DNA from: Vulcanimicrobiota bacterium
GTDB lineage: Bacteria; Vulcanimicrobiota; Xenobia; Xenobiales; JADMJV01
NCBI GenBank assembly: GCA_050250895.1
Contig: JBFWNU010000003.1
Location: 491,302-555,301 of the forward strand
Direction of reading: 5' to 3'
DNA length: 64,000 nt
Below are positions 34,996 through 43,622 of this stretch, one piece after another. The position numbers and the translations under genes were made by a program. Position 1 is the stretch's first letter. Each line of letters opens with the position of its first letter. The notes under the pieces were generated by a model that ran no database searches, was not told the origin of the DNA, and saw only the letters and a program-made list of their open reading frames with translations.

Positions 34996-37305
34996 ATGCT
35001 CGAGCAGATCAACCCCAGTCCATCGGTCCAGTTTCGCCAGGACCAACACAATTTCGCGAGAGTGCTCAGTCTTGACCTGTTGGTCGACTTCTGGCGCCAG
35101 GAGGTGACCACGAACGCCCACGGTCTGGCCACGTTAGGTCGCGACCTGGTGCGTCAGGTCGAGGCCGTTCCCGAATTGCGAGGGGCGATTCCCGACCGCA
35201 ACCTGCTGTGGCGGCATCAAGAGCTGCTGACCGCCTTGATGGCGGCCGTCTTTCCGCCCGCCATGAAAGCACTGGCCTTCGCCGGCGCCGCCGTGCCCGC
35301 CACTTTCGATTTCTTCCACGGCACGCCGCGTTTCGAGCGCGAGTTGCTCGACGAGAACCACAGCCTCCTGGGGCGATTGGCTCTCGACGATCTCGAGTGG
35401 CCCTTCCTGCGCGCCCTGTTCGGCTATCTGGCGATTCTGCGCCGCTGTTACGGCATCGACTTTCCCTTCGAGAAGTCGGTCATCGTCGAATTGAGCGACC
35501 CGAAAAGCGGTCTGGACCGCTACTTCCAAATGCGAGGCCAATTCGATATGGCTCAGGTCCGTCCCATCGGCGAGCTGCCCGTTCTGCCCGACGACATCGA
35601 GTGTATCCTGGCCCGCGATCTGACCAACCTCGAACTCTTCCGCCAGTATCTGCCGCCCGAGAAGTTCGAGTTCTACGGCTTCATGGTGCACGAAGCCACT
35701 GACGTGACCGAAGAGATCGTGCTGTCGCGATTAAAGCAAGAATTGATCGAACGCGATCCTCTCATCAGCTCCGAACGGTTTGCCAAGCTGCAGCAACGGC
35801 TGCGCACTCTGCTGGGTTTGCCAGGCCTGAAGGCGGCCGTGATCGGGCTCGAGGGCGACTCGGGTTTTCAGGTCAACAGTGAGCGAGGCTATCAACTCGA
35901 CGATCATTCCACCGCCGTCAGTGAGTGGCTGAGCGGGCCCTGCGTCGAGCATTTGCGCCGGGGCCAACCCATGGTGCTCGAAGACCTGCGCAACGCCCAT
36001 CTGTGCTCGCCCGTCATGCGCGAGTATCAATTACGCGGCGAGGGCAGTCTGCTGATGTGCCCGCTGCTTCACGAAGGGCGGCTGGTCGGCCTTTTGCTGC
36101 TGGTCGCCGGGCAACCCCACGCCCTCAACGCCTTGACCGTGTTGCGGCTGGGCAGCGTGCTGCCTCTCTTTACGCTGGCCCTGCTGCGCACCAGCGAGTC
36201 GTTTCGACACCGTGTCCAGGCGGCCATGAAAGAGCAGTTCACGGCCATCCATCCGGCCGTCGAGTGGCGCTTTCGCGAAGCCGCCAGTCGCTACGTGCGC
36301 ACCGGCGACGTGGTCGACATCAACTTCAACGAGGTCTTCTCGCTGTTTGCCAGTTCTGACATTCGCTCTTCCTCGACCATTCGCAATCAGGCCATCCAGC
36401 AGGACCTGCTCTCGCAAGTGGCGCTGGCGCGCGACGTGGTGCGGGCCGCTTACGAGGTTCGCCCGCTGGCCTATCTCGAAAGCCAGGAGTATCGTCTCAG
36501 CGGCTGGCTCAGCCACCTCGAACCCGGTCTGACCTCGGGCGACGAGGCCCGCGCCATCGAGTTCTTGCGTCACGAGATCGAGCCCCTGTTCGTCAGCCTC
36601 GAGACCTTCGGCGAGTCGGTAGCGCGTCAGGTGGCGCTCTATCGCCAGGCCCTCGACCCCCACCTCGGCTTTCTCTATGCCCAACGCAAAGCTTATGAGG
36701 ATAGCGTCAACATCCTTACCGACACCATCGCCGACATCCTCACCGAAGAGCAGGCCGAGGCCCAGGCCATCTTTCCTCACTATTTCCAGATGTACAAGAC
36801 CGATGGGGTTGACCACACCATCTACGTGGGCGACTCGCTCACCGAGCGCACCGACTTCGACCCGCTTTATCTGAGGAATTTGCGTCTCTGGCAGTTGATG
36901 GCCACCTGTCGGGTGGTGCGCGTGACTCATCGCCTGGAGGGCGAGCTACCCATGCCGCTGACCACGGCGCATCTCATCCTGGCTCAGCGGGCCTCGATCT
37001 CGCTGTTCTACTCGCACGAAGAGAAGAAGTTCTCGGTCGACGGGGCTTATAACACCCGCTACGAAATCATCAAGAAGCGCATAGACAAGGCCGAGGTTCG
37101 GCCCACCAACGAGCGTCTGACGCAACCGGGCAAAGTGGCGGTGGTCTATTCGCATCCGACCGAGGCCGACGAGTACCGCGAGTATCTCGATTTTCTCGAG
37201 CATCAGGGCCTGGTCGGCAAAGACATCGAAGACCTCGAACTGCAAGACCTGCCCGGAGTGAGCGGCCTGAGGGCGCTGCGCGTCGAGGTTCGCCCTGAAT
37301 CTTGA
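34996..37305 (+). CDS. GAF domain-containing conserved protein
   Basis: Central GAF-like region; TAIHP.VEW.F, FPHYF..YKTDGV.H, DGAYN.RYEIIKKRIDKA blocks. Confidence 0.8.
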   Translation: MLEQINPSPSVQFRQDQHNFARVLSLDLLVDFWRQEVTTNAHGLATLGRDLVRQVEAVPELRGAIPDRNLLWRHQELLTALMAAVFPPAMKALAFAGAAVPATFDFFHGTPRFERELLDENHSLLGRLALDDLEWPFLRALFGYLAILRRCYGIDFPFEKSVIVELSDPKSGLDRYFQMRGQFDMAQVRPIGELPVLPDDIECILARDLTNLELFRQYLPPEKFEFYGFMVHEATDVTEEIVLSRLKQELIERDPLISSERFAKLQQRLRTLLGLPGLKAAVIGLEGDSGFQVNSERGYQLDDHSTAVSEWLSGPCVEHLRRGQPMVLEDLRNAHLCSPVMREYQLRGEGSLLMCPLLHEGRLVGLLLLVAGQPHALNALTVLRLGSVLPLFTLALLRTSESFRHRVQAAMKEQFTAIHPAVEWRFREAASRYVRTGDVVDINFNEVFSLFASSDIRSSSTIRNQAIQQDLLSQVALARDVVRAAYEVRPLAYLESQEYRLSGWLSHLEPGLTSGDEARAIEFLRHEIEPLFVSLETFGESVARQVALYRQALDPHLGFLYAQRKAYEDSVNILTDTIADILTEEQAEAQAIFPHYFQMYKTDGVDHTIYVGDSLTERTDFDPLYLRNLRLWQLMATCRVVRVTHRLEGELPMPLTTAHLILAQRASISLFYSHEEKKFSVDGAYNTRYEIIKKRIDKAEVRPTNERLTQPGKVAVVYSHPTEADEYREYLDFLEHQGLVGKDIEDLELQDLPGVSGLRALRVEVRPES

Positions 37306-37690
37306 GGCTTTCCAGCGAGCCCGGGTAGGGCGGCTGGCGACTTGCGATGGCCAGGGGCGGCCCCACTGCGTGCCCGTCTGCTTCGTGGTCCATCGGGGCC
37401 AACTGGTCATTCCCCTCGACGAAAAACCCAAGAGCGTCGGCTTCGAAAAGCTGCGTCGGGTGCGCAACATCCGGCAGAATCCTCAGGTGACGGTGCTGGT
37501 GGACCATTACGAAGAGGACTGGTCCCAGTTGGGATTTGTCTTTGTCGAGGGTGAGGCTGCCATCGCAGAACTGGGAGCCGAGGCCACCCGCGCTCTGCAC
37601 GAGAAATACCCTCAGTATGAGAAAATGGATCTGGAGGTTGGGGTGTGGATCTCTCCCCACAGAACCTCCGGCTGGGGTAGCTTGAAATAA
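37295..37690 (+). CDS. PPOX-class F420-dependent oxidoreductase (Rv0121-like), probable CTG start
   Basis: ARVGRLAT, PHCVPVCF, DEKPK, RVRNIRQNP.V.VLVDHYEEDWSQL, KYPQY. Confidence 0.85.
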   Translation: MNLEAFQRARVGRLATCDGQGRPHCVPVCFVVHRGQLVIPLDEKPKSVGFEKLRRVRNIRQNPQVTVLVDHYEEDWSQLGFVFVEGEAAIAELGAEATRALHEKYPQYEKMDLEVGVWISPHRTSGWGSLK

Positions 37691-37767
37691 ATTCCACAAG
37701 AGTTCCTCTTTGCGCGTCGAAGGGGGTGGGGCAAAAGCAATTGCGATAGCGACACGGAAGGTATGCC

Positions 37768-39354
37768 ATGAGTGCTGTAGACGAGAAAGAAGGAATCGCC
37801 GTAGGGGAATCGGTGGACTATGGCGAGTTGATGGAAGAGGGCCAGCAGCTGGTCGAAAAGCTCGACTACAGCGCCGCTCTCAAAGTTTATGATCGGGCCC
37901 TCAAAGCGGCCCAGAAGATGACGGGGGACGAGAAGGCCCTGCTGGTGGCCCGCGCCCGCAATGGCTATGCCGAGTGTTGTGAAGTGGTGGGCCGGTGGGA
38001 CCGCGCTCAACGCGAACTGCGCCGCACCGTGGAGTCTGAACTCGAAGGCGAAGAGCGCTTCGAGGTAGCCCGAGCCTTACTCGAGCTTGGCACCGTGCTC
38101 AGCCGCCGGGGGGAACGCGACGAGGCCCGTGACCACTATCAGGAAGCCATGGAGGTGGCCGGCGAGATCGGGGCCGTGCGCCTCAAGACCATCGCCCAGT
38201 GTCACCTGGGCGCCAACTCGGGTCGCACCGGCGAGATGGATAGCTCGTATCGTCACCTCGAAGACGCCACCCGGGCCGTCAACGAACTGCCCGACGACCC
38301 CGAAAACGCCGAGGTCAAAGCCTTGCTCGAGAGCCAGTATGGGCTCTACTACTTCCGCACGGGCCAGAACAAGAAGGCCGAAGAACACTTCCAGGCGGCC
38401 CTCAAAGCTCTCGACGGCAAGCCCAGCCTCGAGGAAGCCTCGGTTCGCCGCTTTCTGGGCGTCATGGCCGGGCTGCGTCGCGAACATCGCGAGGCTCTCA
38501 ACAATCACCTGGTGGCTCTCAAGATCTACAAGGAAGCCGGCTGCCGTTACGGTCAGGCCAAGGTCTATGACAGCATCGGTCGCACCTTCCTGGCCGTCAA
38601 CCGCATGGAAGAGGCCATCTTCTCGTTCAAGAAGGCGGAATCGATCTGCCGTCGCCTGGGCGCCAACTCCGAGCTGGCCACCCTCTACGGCAAGCTGGGC
38701 CAGGTCTACATGATTCGCGAAGACTACGAGACGGCCGTCAAATACTTCCGCCGCGACCTCGACATCAGCTCGCGCTATCGTAACTATTACGCCCTGGGCT
38801 ATTCCTACCGCAACCTGGGCCGCTCGCTCATCCAGGTGGGCATCATGGAAGAGGCCATCGCCAATCTCAAGGAAAGCCTCGGCCTGTTCCAATACGTCGA
38901 GGACAGCATCAATCTGGCCCGCGTCTACATGGACCTGACCCAGGCCTACGTCAAGGCCGAGAAGCCGGCCGAAGCCAAAGAGACGGCCGGCAAAGCCCGG
39001 GCCATCTTCGAAGAGAGCCAGCTCGATCGCGAGCTTGCCTATCTCAAGGGCCTGCAGGCCACGATCCACCGCCTCGAGCGCGAGTTCGAGCAGTCCGAGT
39101 CGCTCTTCAAAGAGGCCATCGACGAGTTGCCCGACAAAGGCTTTGATGCCTGGCGGGCCGAGACGAGCTACGAGATGGGTATCCTCTATCGCGAACTCGA
39201 CCGCCTGCCCGAGGCCGTCTCGGCCTTCCGCGACGCCCTCGAGATCGCCCGCGCCGCCGGCCTCAACCGCCACACCGGTCGCTATCTGCGCGACATCGAG
39301 TCGCTCGACGAGACCGAACTCTTCCGGGCCTGGATGGAGGACCTGCCGAGCTAG
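37768..39354 (+). CDS. Tetratricopeptide repeat protein
   Basis: 528 aa of successive TPR-like repeats. Confidence 0.9.
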   Translation: MSAVDEKEGIAVGESVDYGELMEEGQQLVEKLDYSAALKVYDRALKAAQKMTGDEKALLVARARNGYAECCEVVGRWDRAQRELRRTVESELEGEERFEVARALLELGTVLSRRGERDEARDHYQEAMEVAGEIGAVRLKTIAQCHLGANSGRTGEMDSSYRHLEDATRAVNELPDDPENAEVKALLESQYGLYYFRTGQNKKAEEHFQAALKALDGKPSLEEASVRRFLGVMAGLRREHREALNNHLVALKIYKEAGCRYGQAKVYDSIGRTFLAVNRMEEAIFSFKKAESICRRLGANSELATLYGKLGQVYMIREDYETAVKYFRRDLDISSRYRNYYALGYSYRNLGRSLIQVGIMEEAIANLKESLGLFQYVEDSINLARVYMDLTQAYVKAEKPAEAKETAGKARAIFEESQLDRELAYLKGLQATIHRLEREFEQSESLFKEAIDELPDKGFDAWRAETSYEMGILYRELDRLPEAVSAFRDALEIARAAGLNRHTGRYLRDIESLDETELFRAWMEDLPS

Positions 39355-39515
39355 CGCTCGCTGCGCTCGGAGAGGGGAGCGCTCGCTGTGCTCGCGAGAA
39401 GGGAGCGCTCGCTGTGCTCGGAGAGGGGAGCCTCGCTGCGCTCGGAGAGGGGAGCCGCTTCGCGGAGAGGGGAGCGCTGGCTCGCTTGCGCTCGCCAGCG
39501 AGAAGGGAGCGAGGC
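39355..39515. repeat. Imperfect tandem array of about 25-bp REP-like units (GCTCGCTGCGCTCGGAGAGGGGAGC)
   Basis: Five to six AGA(G/A)GGGAGC-ending units directly after the TPR stop. Confidence 0.8.
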
Positions 39516-39985
39516 TCGCAAGCTCGCCTCGAGTTTTTGAGGCACTCGACGCTTCGCGTCGTTATTCTGGGCGGCTTCGCCGCGGTCCGGGCTGGCCGGG
39601 CCACTCCCGCGCGGAAGAGGAGCGGCCATAGCCGCCACGATTTCGGCGTACCACGCTGCCAAATGGCCGGCCTCGCCGGCCGGGCTTGGGCCGGCAGCTC
39701 GCCGGGGCCCAGCCGCACGGAAGAAGCTGGCCCCGAAGGGCAGCCCTGCCGGGCCGAACGCCTGCTCGCTGTCTCCCGGCGGGTGTGCGCCGTACAGTCC
39801 GGTTCAGCCAGTGTGCGGCGCAAGTGTGCGCCGCACAGGGCGGTTTGCCTGGTGTGCGGCGCACAACGTTGCTCACGGTCGCCGCCCCGCCCGTCGGCCT
39901 CGCCGGGGCCGGGCCCTGCCGGCAAGCTCGCCCGGGCCACTTCCGCCCGGAAGACGAGCTGGCCCCAGCCGAAACCGGTCCAGCC

Positions 39986-41164
39986 CTAGCTGCGCTTGAC
40001 GAAATAGGCGGCCTCTTGGTCGCCTTGACGGAGCACGACTTTGCCGCCCTTGGCCCCGGTCAAGAGCCAGAAGTTGGCTTTGGCCTCGATTCCTTTGAGG
40101 GGGTTCTTGCGCCCTTTGTCGGGTTTGAAGTCGCTATAGGTCAGGTAGGAGTCGTCGATGGTGGGGCTTGAGATCTTGCCAGTGTAGCTCTGACCGTCGA
40201 TGACCAGCTTGAGGGTCTCTTTCTCGGTGGTCACCTCGACCTCGCGCGGCAGGCCCGCCGGCGCGTTCTTGTTCTTGCCGGCGTAGGTGAAGGCGGGCAG
40301 ACGGTCGGCGGGGGTGCTGGTGGGGGGAATTGTCTTGTCGAGCCCGGGCACGTCGACATAGATGTTGTCGCGGGCGGCCAGATAGTCGGCTAGCGAAGCC
40401 ACCATGTCCATCTTGTTGTCGGGGATGGCCGGGTTCGGCTCGCCTTTGGCGGTCTTGCGCCACAAAGCCATGTGGTTCGAGGCGATCTGCGCGGCCGTCT
40501 TCTTGACGTCGGCCGGGCCTTTCAAGCCTTTGATGAGTTCGCCGGCCAACTCGCCGTGGTCGTTGGCGTAACCGTTCCACGGCACCCCACCCTTGACCGT
40601 GTCGTGCAGGAGCAGCCCGGCTCGCAGGGTGTCCTGTTCGCGTTCGCTGAGCCCGAAGAACTCACCCAGGTGCTCGCCCATCTGCACCACTCGCGCGGTA
40701 TGCAGGGCCAGCCCGCCATCGTTGATCTCGTCGGCCGGATGGAACATCCCTGAAGAAGACGAGGGAGCCCGGAAGAACTCGCTGTCGACCTCTTTGAACC
40801 CGGCCACGACCATGGCTCGGATGGAGGGGTCGACGATCAGGTCGGTGGCCGTCTGCAAAGCCACTTTGCCGCAGGCTTTCACCCAACCCGACGAGGCCGC
40901 GGCGACCTCGGCCCGGTCCTCGATGCGGCCCTGGCCGAAGACCGGGGTGGGACGAAAGTTGATGCCAGGCTTCTTGGAGAGAAAGTCTGAGAGCTTGTCG
41001 ACTCGAGCTTCGAGAGCAACGTCGTCGTGGGGCTGGAGGTCGGGAGGATAGATGGTGCCATCGAGGCCACTTCCATTCTTTTCACCGTGCATCTGGTGGT
41101 ATCCGTGGAGTTCGGTTTGAAACTCCTGGCGAAGCCTGGTCCGCGGGCTGACAGCGTTCATCAT
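39986..41164 (-). CDS. HD-domain phosphohydrolase
   Basis: APSS...FH...GGL..HT, LLLHD..K, H, HM..W, ADYLA; AGGAGG RBS before 41164. Confidence 0.8.
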   Translation of the reverse strand: MMNAVSPRTRLRQEFQTELHGYHQMHGEKNGSGLDGTIYPPDLQPHDDVALEARVDKLSDFLSKKPGINFRPTPVFGQGRIEDRAEVAAASSGWVKACGKVALQTATDLIVDPSIRAMVVAGFKEVDSEFFRAPSSSSGMFHPADEINDGGLALHTARVVQMGEHLGEFFGLSEREQDTLRAGLLLHDTVKGGVPWNGYANDHGELAGELIKGLKGPADVKKTAAQIASNHMALWRKTAKGEPNPAIPDNKMDMVASLADYLAARDNIYVDVPGLDKTIPPTSTPADRLPAFTYAGKNKNAPAGLPREVEVTTEKETLKLVIDGQSYTGKISSPTIDDSYLTYSDFKPDKGRKNPLKGIEAKANFWLLTGAKGGKVVLRQGDQEAAYFVKRS

Positions 41165-41274
41165 TTCCTCCTGGCGTGGTAGGACGGTAACCGGACTATT
41201 TTGACCGTGTATCCTCAAAGAATCCTGAAACCGTCTCTTAACGGGCTGATGACAGCGGTGGGCTAGACTGAGGT

Positions 41275-41898
41275 ATGAGAATCCAACCTGCCACTCCCTT
41301 TCTCGACTTCGCCAAGGCACGCGCCGCCGAGCGCCAACGAGACGAATTGCCGGCCGCTGCCGTCGACAGCTGGGAGAGCGTCGGCCGCGACCAGCTCGAA
41401 AACCTGCACGGCCAGCTTCAGCCTCAGAGCAAGGACTTTCCTAACCTTCAGGCCGCCTGGGTGTTGGGGCTGGGCAATCCTATCCTGGGAGCGGTCTTGC
41501 GGGGTGAGCAAGAGCGGATGAAGAGCTATGACTTCGCCTCGAGCCTGACCGAGGTGGGTGGAGTCAACGCCCGCGAGATTCGCCAGGCGGCAAGCCTTCG
41601 CCAGGAGAGATTGCGCCAATCGGCTGAGCGCCTCGAGTCACTGGCTGGGGTCGGCTCGATGGTGGGCTGGGCCGGAGCCTTCTGCGCTATCGGAGGCTGT
41701 CTGCTCGACGGGATGACCAACCCGGTCACCCTGACCGGTGCGGCCGCCACGGTGGCCGGGATAACCACCAACGCCCTGGCCCACCGCGCCCGCGAGGGCA
41801 AGCTGGAGCAGGCGCACCACCTCGGGACGATGGCCGGCCAGATCAAGACTTACGCCGAACTGACCGCCCGCCTCGAGACCTCAACCCTGGCCTGCTAA
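41275..41898 (+). CDS. Hypothetical protein with hydrophobic hairpin
   Basis: 207-aa ORF, two Gly/Ala-rich TM-like segments. Confidence 0.65.
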   Translation: MRIQPATPFLDFAKARAAERQRDELPAAAVDSWESVGRDQLENLHGQLQPQSKDFPNLQAAWVLGLGNPILGAVLRGEQERMKSYDFASSLTEVGGVNAREIRQAASLRQERLRQSAERLESLAGVGSMVGWAGAFCAIGGCLLDGMTNPVTLTGAAATVAGITTNALAHRAREGKLEQAHHLGTMAGQIKTYAELTARLETSTLAC

Positions 41899-41965
41899 CT
41901 TCCCGGGGTCGACTACCGGCCTCTACTCTAGCGAGTTTGGGACGGACGTGGTAAACTCGAGGCGC

Positions 41966-42307
41966 ATGCTTGAATTGCCATCCAGGACCGACCACGTTCA
42001 TCTTGTCAGGGACTCTCACGGCGGGGTTCGCATTGGCAAAACCCGGGTTTCCCTGGACAGTGTGGTCCACGCTTACCTGCTTGGCGCCACTGCCGAAGGA
42101 ATTGCGGAGCAGTTTCCTTCTCTCGGCTTGGCCGACGTTCACTCCGTGCTAGGATTCTATCTTCGTCATCGTGACCAGGTGGATGCTTATTTGGCGGAGC
42201 GACAGGCCGAAGGACAAGCCCTGCGAGAGAACTACGAGCAAAGCGATGAGCTTCAGGGCTATCGGCAGCGCCTGCTTGCGCGGCAGGCTCAACGGAGGGG
42301 TAAATAG
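41966..42307 (+). CDS. DUF433 domain antitoxin-like protein
   Basis: RIGKTRVSLD, GATAE.I.EQFPSL.LADV. Confidence 0.85.
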   Translation: MLELPSRTDHVHLVRDSHGGVRIGKTRVSLDSVVHAYLLGATAEGIAEQFPSLGLADVHSVLGFYLRHRDQVDAYLAERQAEGQALRENYEQSDELQGYRQRLLARQAQRRGK

Positions 42308-42642
42308 ATTCGCCTGTTGTCGAGTTCGCCGGGGGCGCTGCAACTAGCTAAGAGCCAAAGGTCTTCAATGATGGCTGCTACGAACGCTGGTTGCGGGACC
42401 AGCACGAGACCGGGGCTCGGCAACCCGAGCATCATTCGCTCGTCAAAGTAGTATATCATCGTGTTCACGTCGTGGGTGAGCACGATTCGCCTTTCGTTGG
42501 TGGCCCACTCTAGGAGTTCCGGATCTTCGGAGCCGGCCATCACTGTGTCTTGGACCCGAACGATATCTATGGCGGGGTGACGACGCTCAAGCCCTCGCAG
42601 GATGTGGTTGTTGAAATTCTCGTCGGCGGCGAACCTGAGCAT
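42289..42642 (-). CDS. DUF5615 PIN-like toxin
   Basis: F.ADENF, DPELLEWA...RIVLTHD, PG motifs; TGATG coupling to upstream gene. Confidence 0.85.
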   Translation of the reverse strand: MLRFAADENFNNHILRGLERRHPAIDIVRVQDTVMAGSEDPELLEWATNERRIVLTHDVNTMIYYFDERMMLGLPSPGLVLVPQPAFVAAIIEDLWLLASCSAPGELDNRRIYLPLR

Positions 42643-43508
42643 CAGAGGAAACCGGCGGGCTTTGCGGTTCCCGTCGCGAACCATCCGGGTCGTGGCAGTG
42701 CCGGGGTCAAAAAGTATGTGACTGACGGAGAGGCAAACACTCGGTCCACCAGGCCTTCTGGGGTGAAGGTAACCAGAATGAAGAGCGAATCGTCAACCTC
42801 GATAAAGCCAGACTTCGCAACAGGGCCAAACGCTCGCTCTACAACAGATCGGCTCATTCCCGCTTCGACCACTCGGCCGTCGCGCAAGCGAAGACTGCGA
42901 CCCTCAAGAGCTTGTAGGGTGCGATTGAGGTAGAAATACCCAATCTGCAAAGGCCACATGGAACAGAATTGGCCCTCGACCGGGATCCCTAGTCTGGATA
43001 TGACCTCCGCTCGGGTGGCTCCTAGTGGGACCTCGTCGACCACGCACCCGACCGGCAACTTTAGCTTGGCGCCCTCGGGCTCCGACAACCAATCCTGGGG
43101 TAGTTCGGCCTTAACGGCGCTCCACACTTTGAGAAAGGCCTGCAGTTCCGGGTCAAAGATGGCTTCCTCAGCCCGATTGGTCGACCAGCAGCGTTCTCTG
43201 CCTCCCGCGCTCACGGTGATATTCCGGTGCAAGTTGCCGCAAAGATACGGAATCCAGGAGGGGTAATCCGTCTGTAAACTTTGAAACTCTGGCGACCCCA
43301 CGGCTGACCGTATTCGCTGGAGCGCTTCAGGCGTTAGCCGAACAGCTCCACCGCGCCGGCGCGCAAGCCCGCTAGCGTCAACGGTAACGAGCTCATAGCT
43401 TCCCGCGAACCCTCGATAGTTGAGTTCGAGATTGCACTGCCAGGCGTCATCTTGGGCCAAAACCGGCAGGCCGAGGAGCAGTAACAGACCGAGTATTGTT
43501 CTGGCCAC
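42642..43508 (-). CDS. Secreted hypothetical protein
   Basis: Signal peptide MARTILGLLLLLGLPVLA; 288 aa. Confidence 0.65.
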   Translation of the reverse strand: MARTILGLLLLLGLPVLAQDDAWQCNLELNYRGFAGSYELVTVDASGLARRRGGAVRLTPEALQRIRSAVGSPEFQSLQTDYPSWIPYLCGNLHRNITVSAGGRERCWSTNRAEEAIFDPELQAFLKVWSAVKAELPQDWLSEPEGAKLKLPVGCVVDEVPLGATRAEVISRLGIPVEGQFCSMWPLQIGYFYLNRTLQALEGRSLRLRDGRVVEAGMSRSVVERAFGPVAKSGFIEVDDSLFILVTFTPEGLVDRVFASPSVTYFLTPALPRPGWFATGTAKPAGFL

Positions 43509-43622
43509 GGCTACCTGTTCGGCTTAGGAGGCCTCAACCCTGGCCTGCTAACTTCCGCGCGGAAGTCGGCGGCTGTGCAATCGGGCCCGCATTTTGCTAC
43601 ACTGTCTGAGGTGGGGTTGAGT

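Larger units (their letters stand above)
41879..43556. mobile_element. 1.65-kb islet flanked by 25-bp direct repeats
   Basis: CCTCAACCCTGGCCTGCTAACTTCC at 41879-41903 and 43532-43556; cargo lower in GC. Confidence 0.65.

Noticed and set aside
39355-39515. Possible CRISPR array (also 18292-18375 and 5523-5682)
   Set aside because: No unique spacers of regular length and no cas genes
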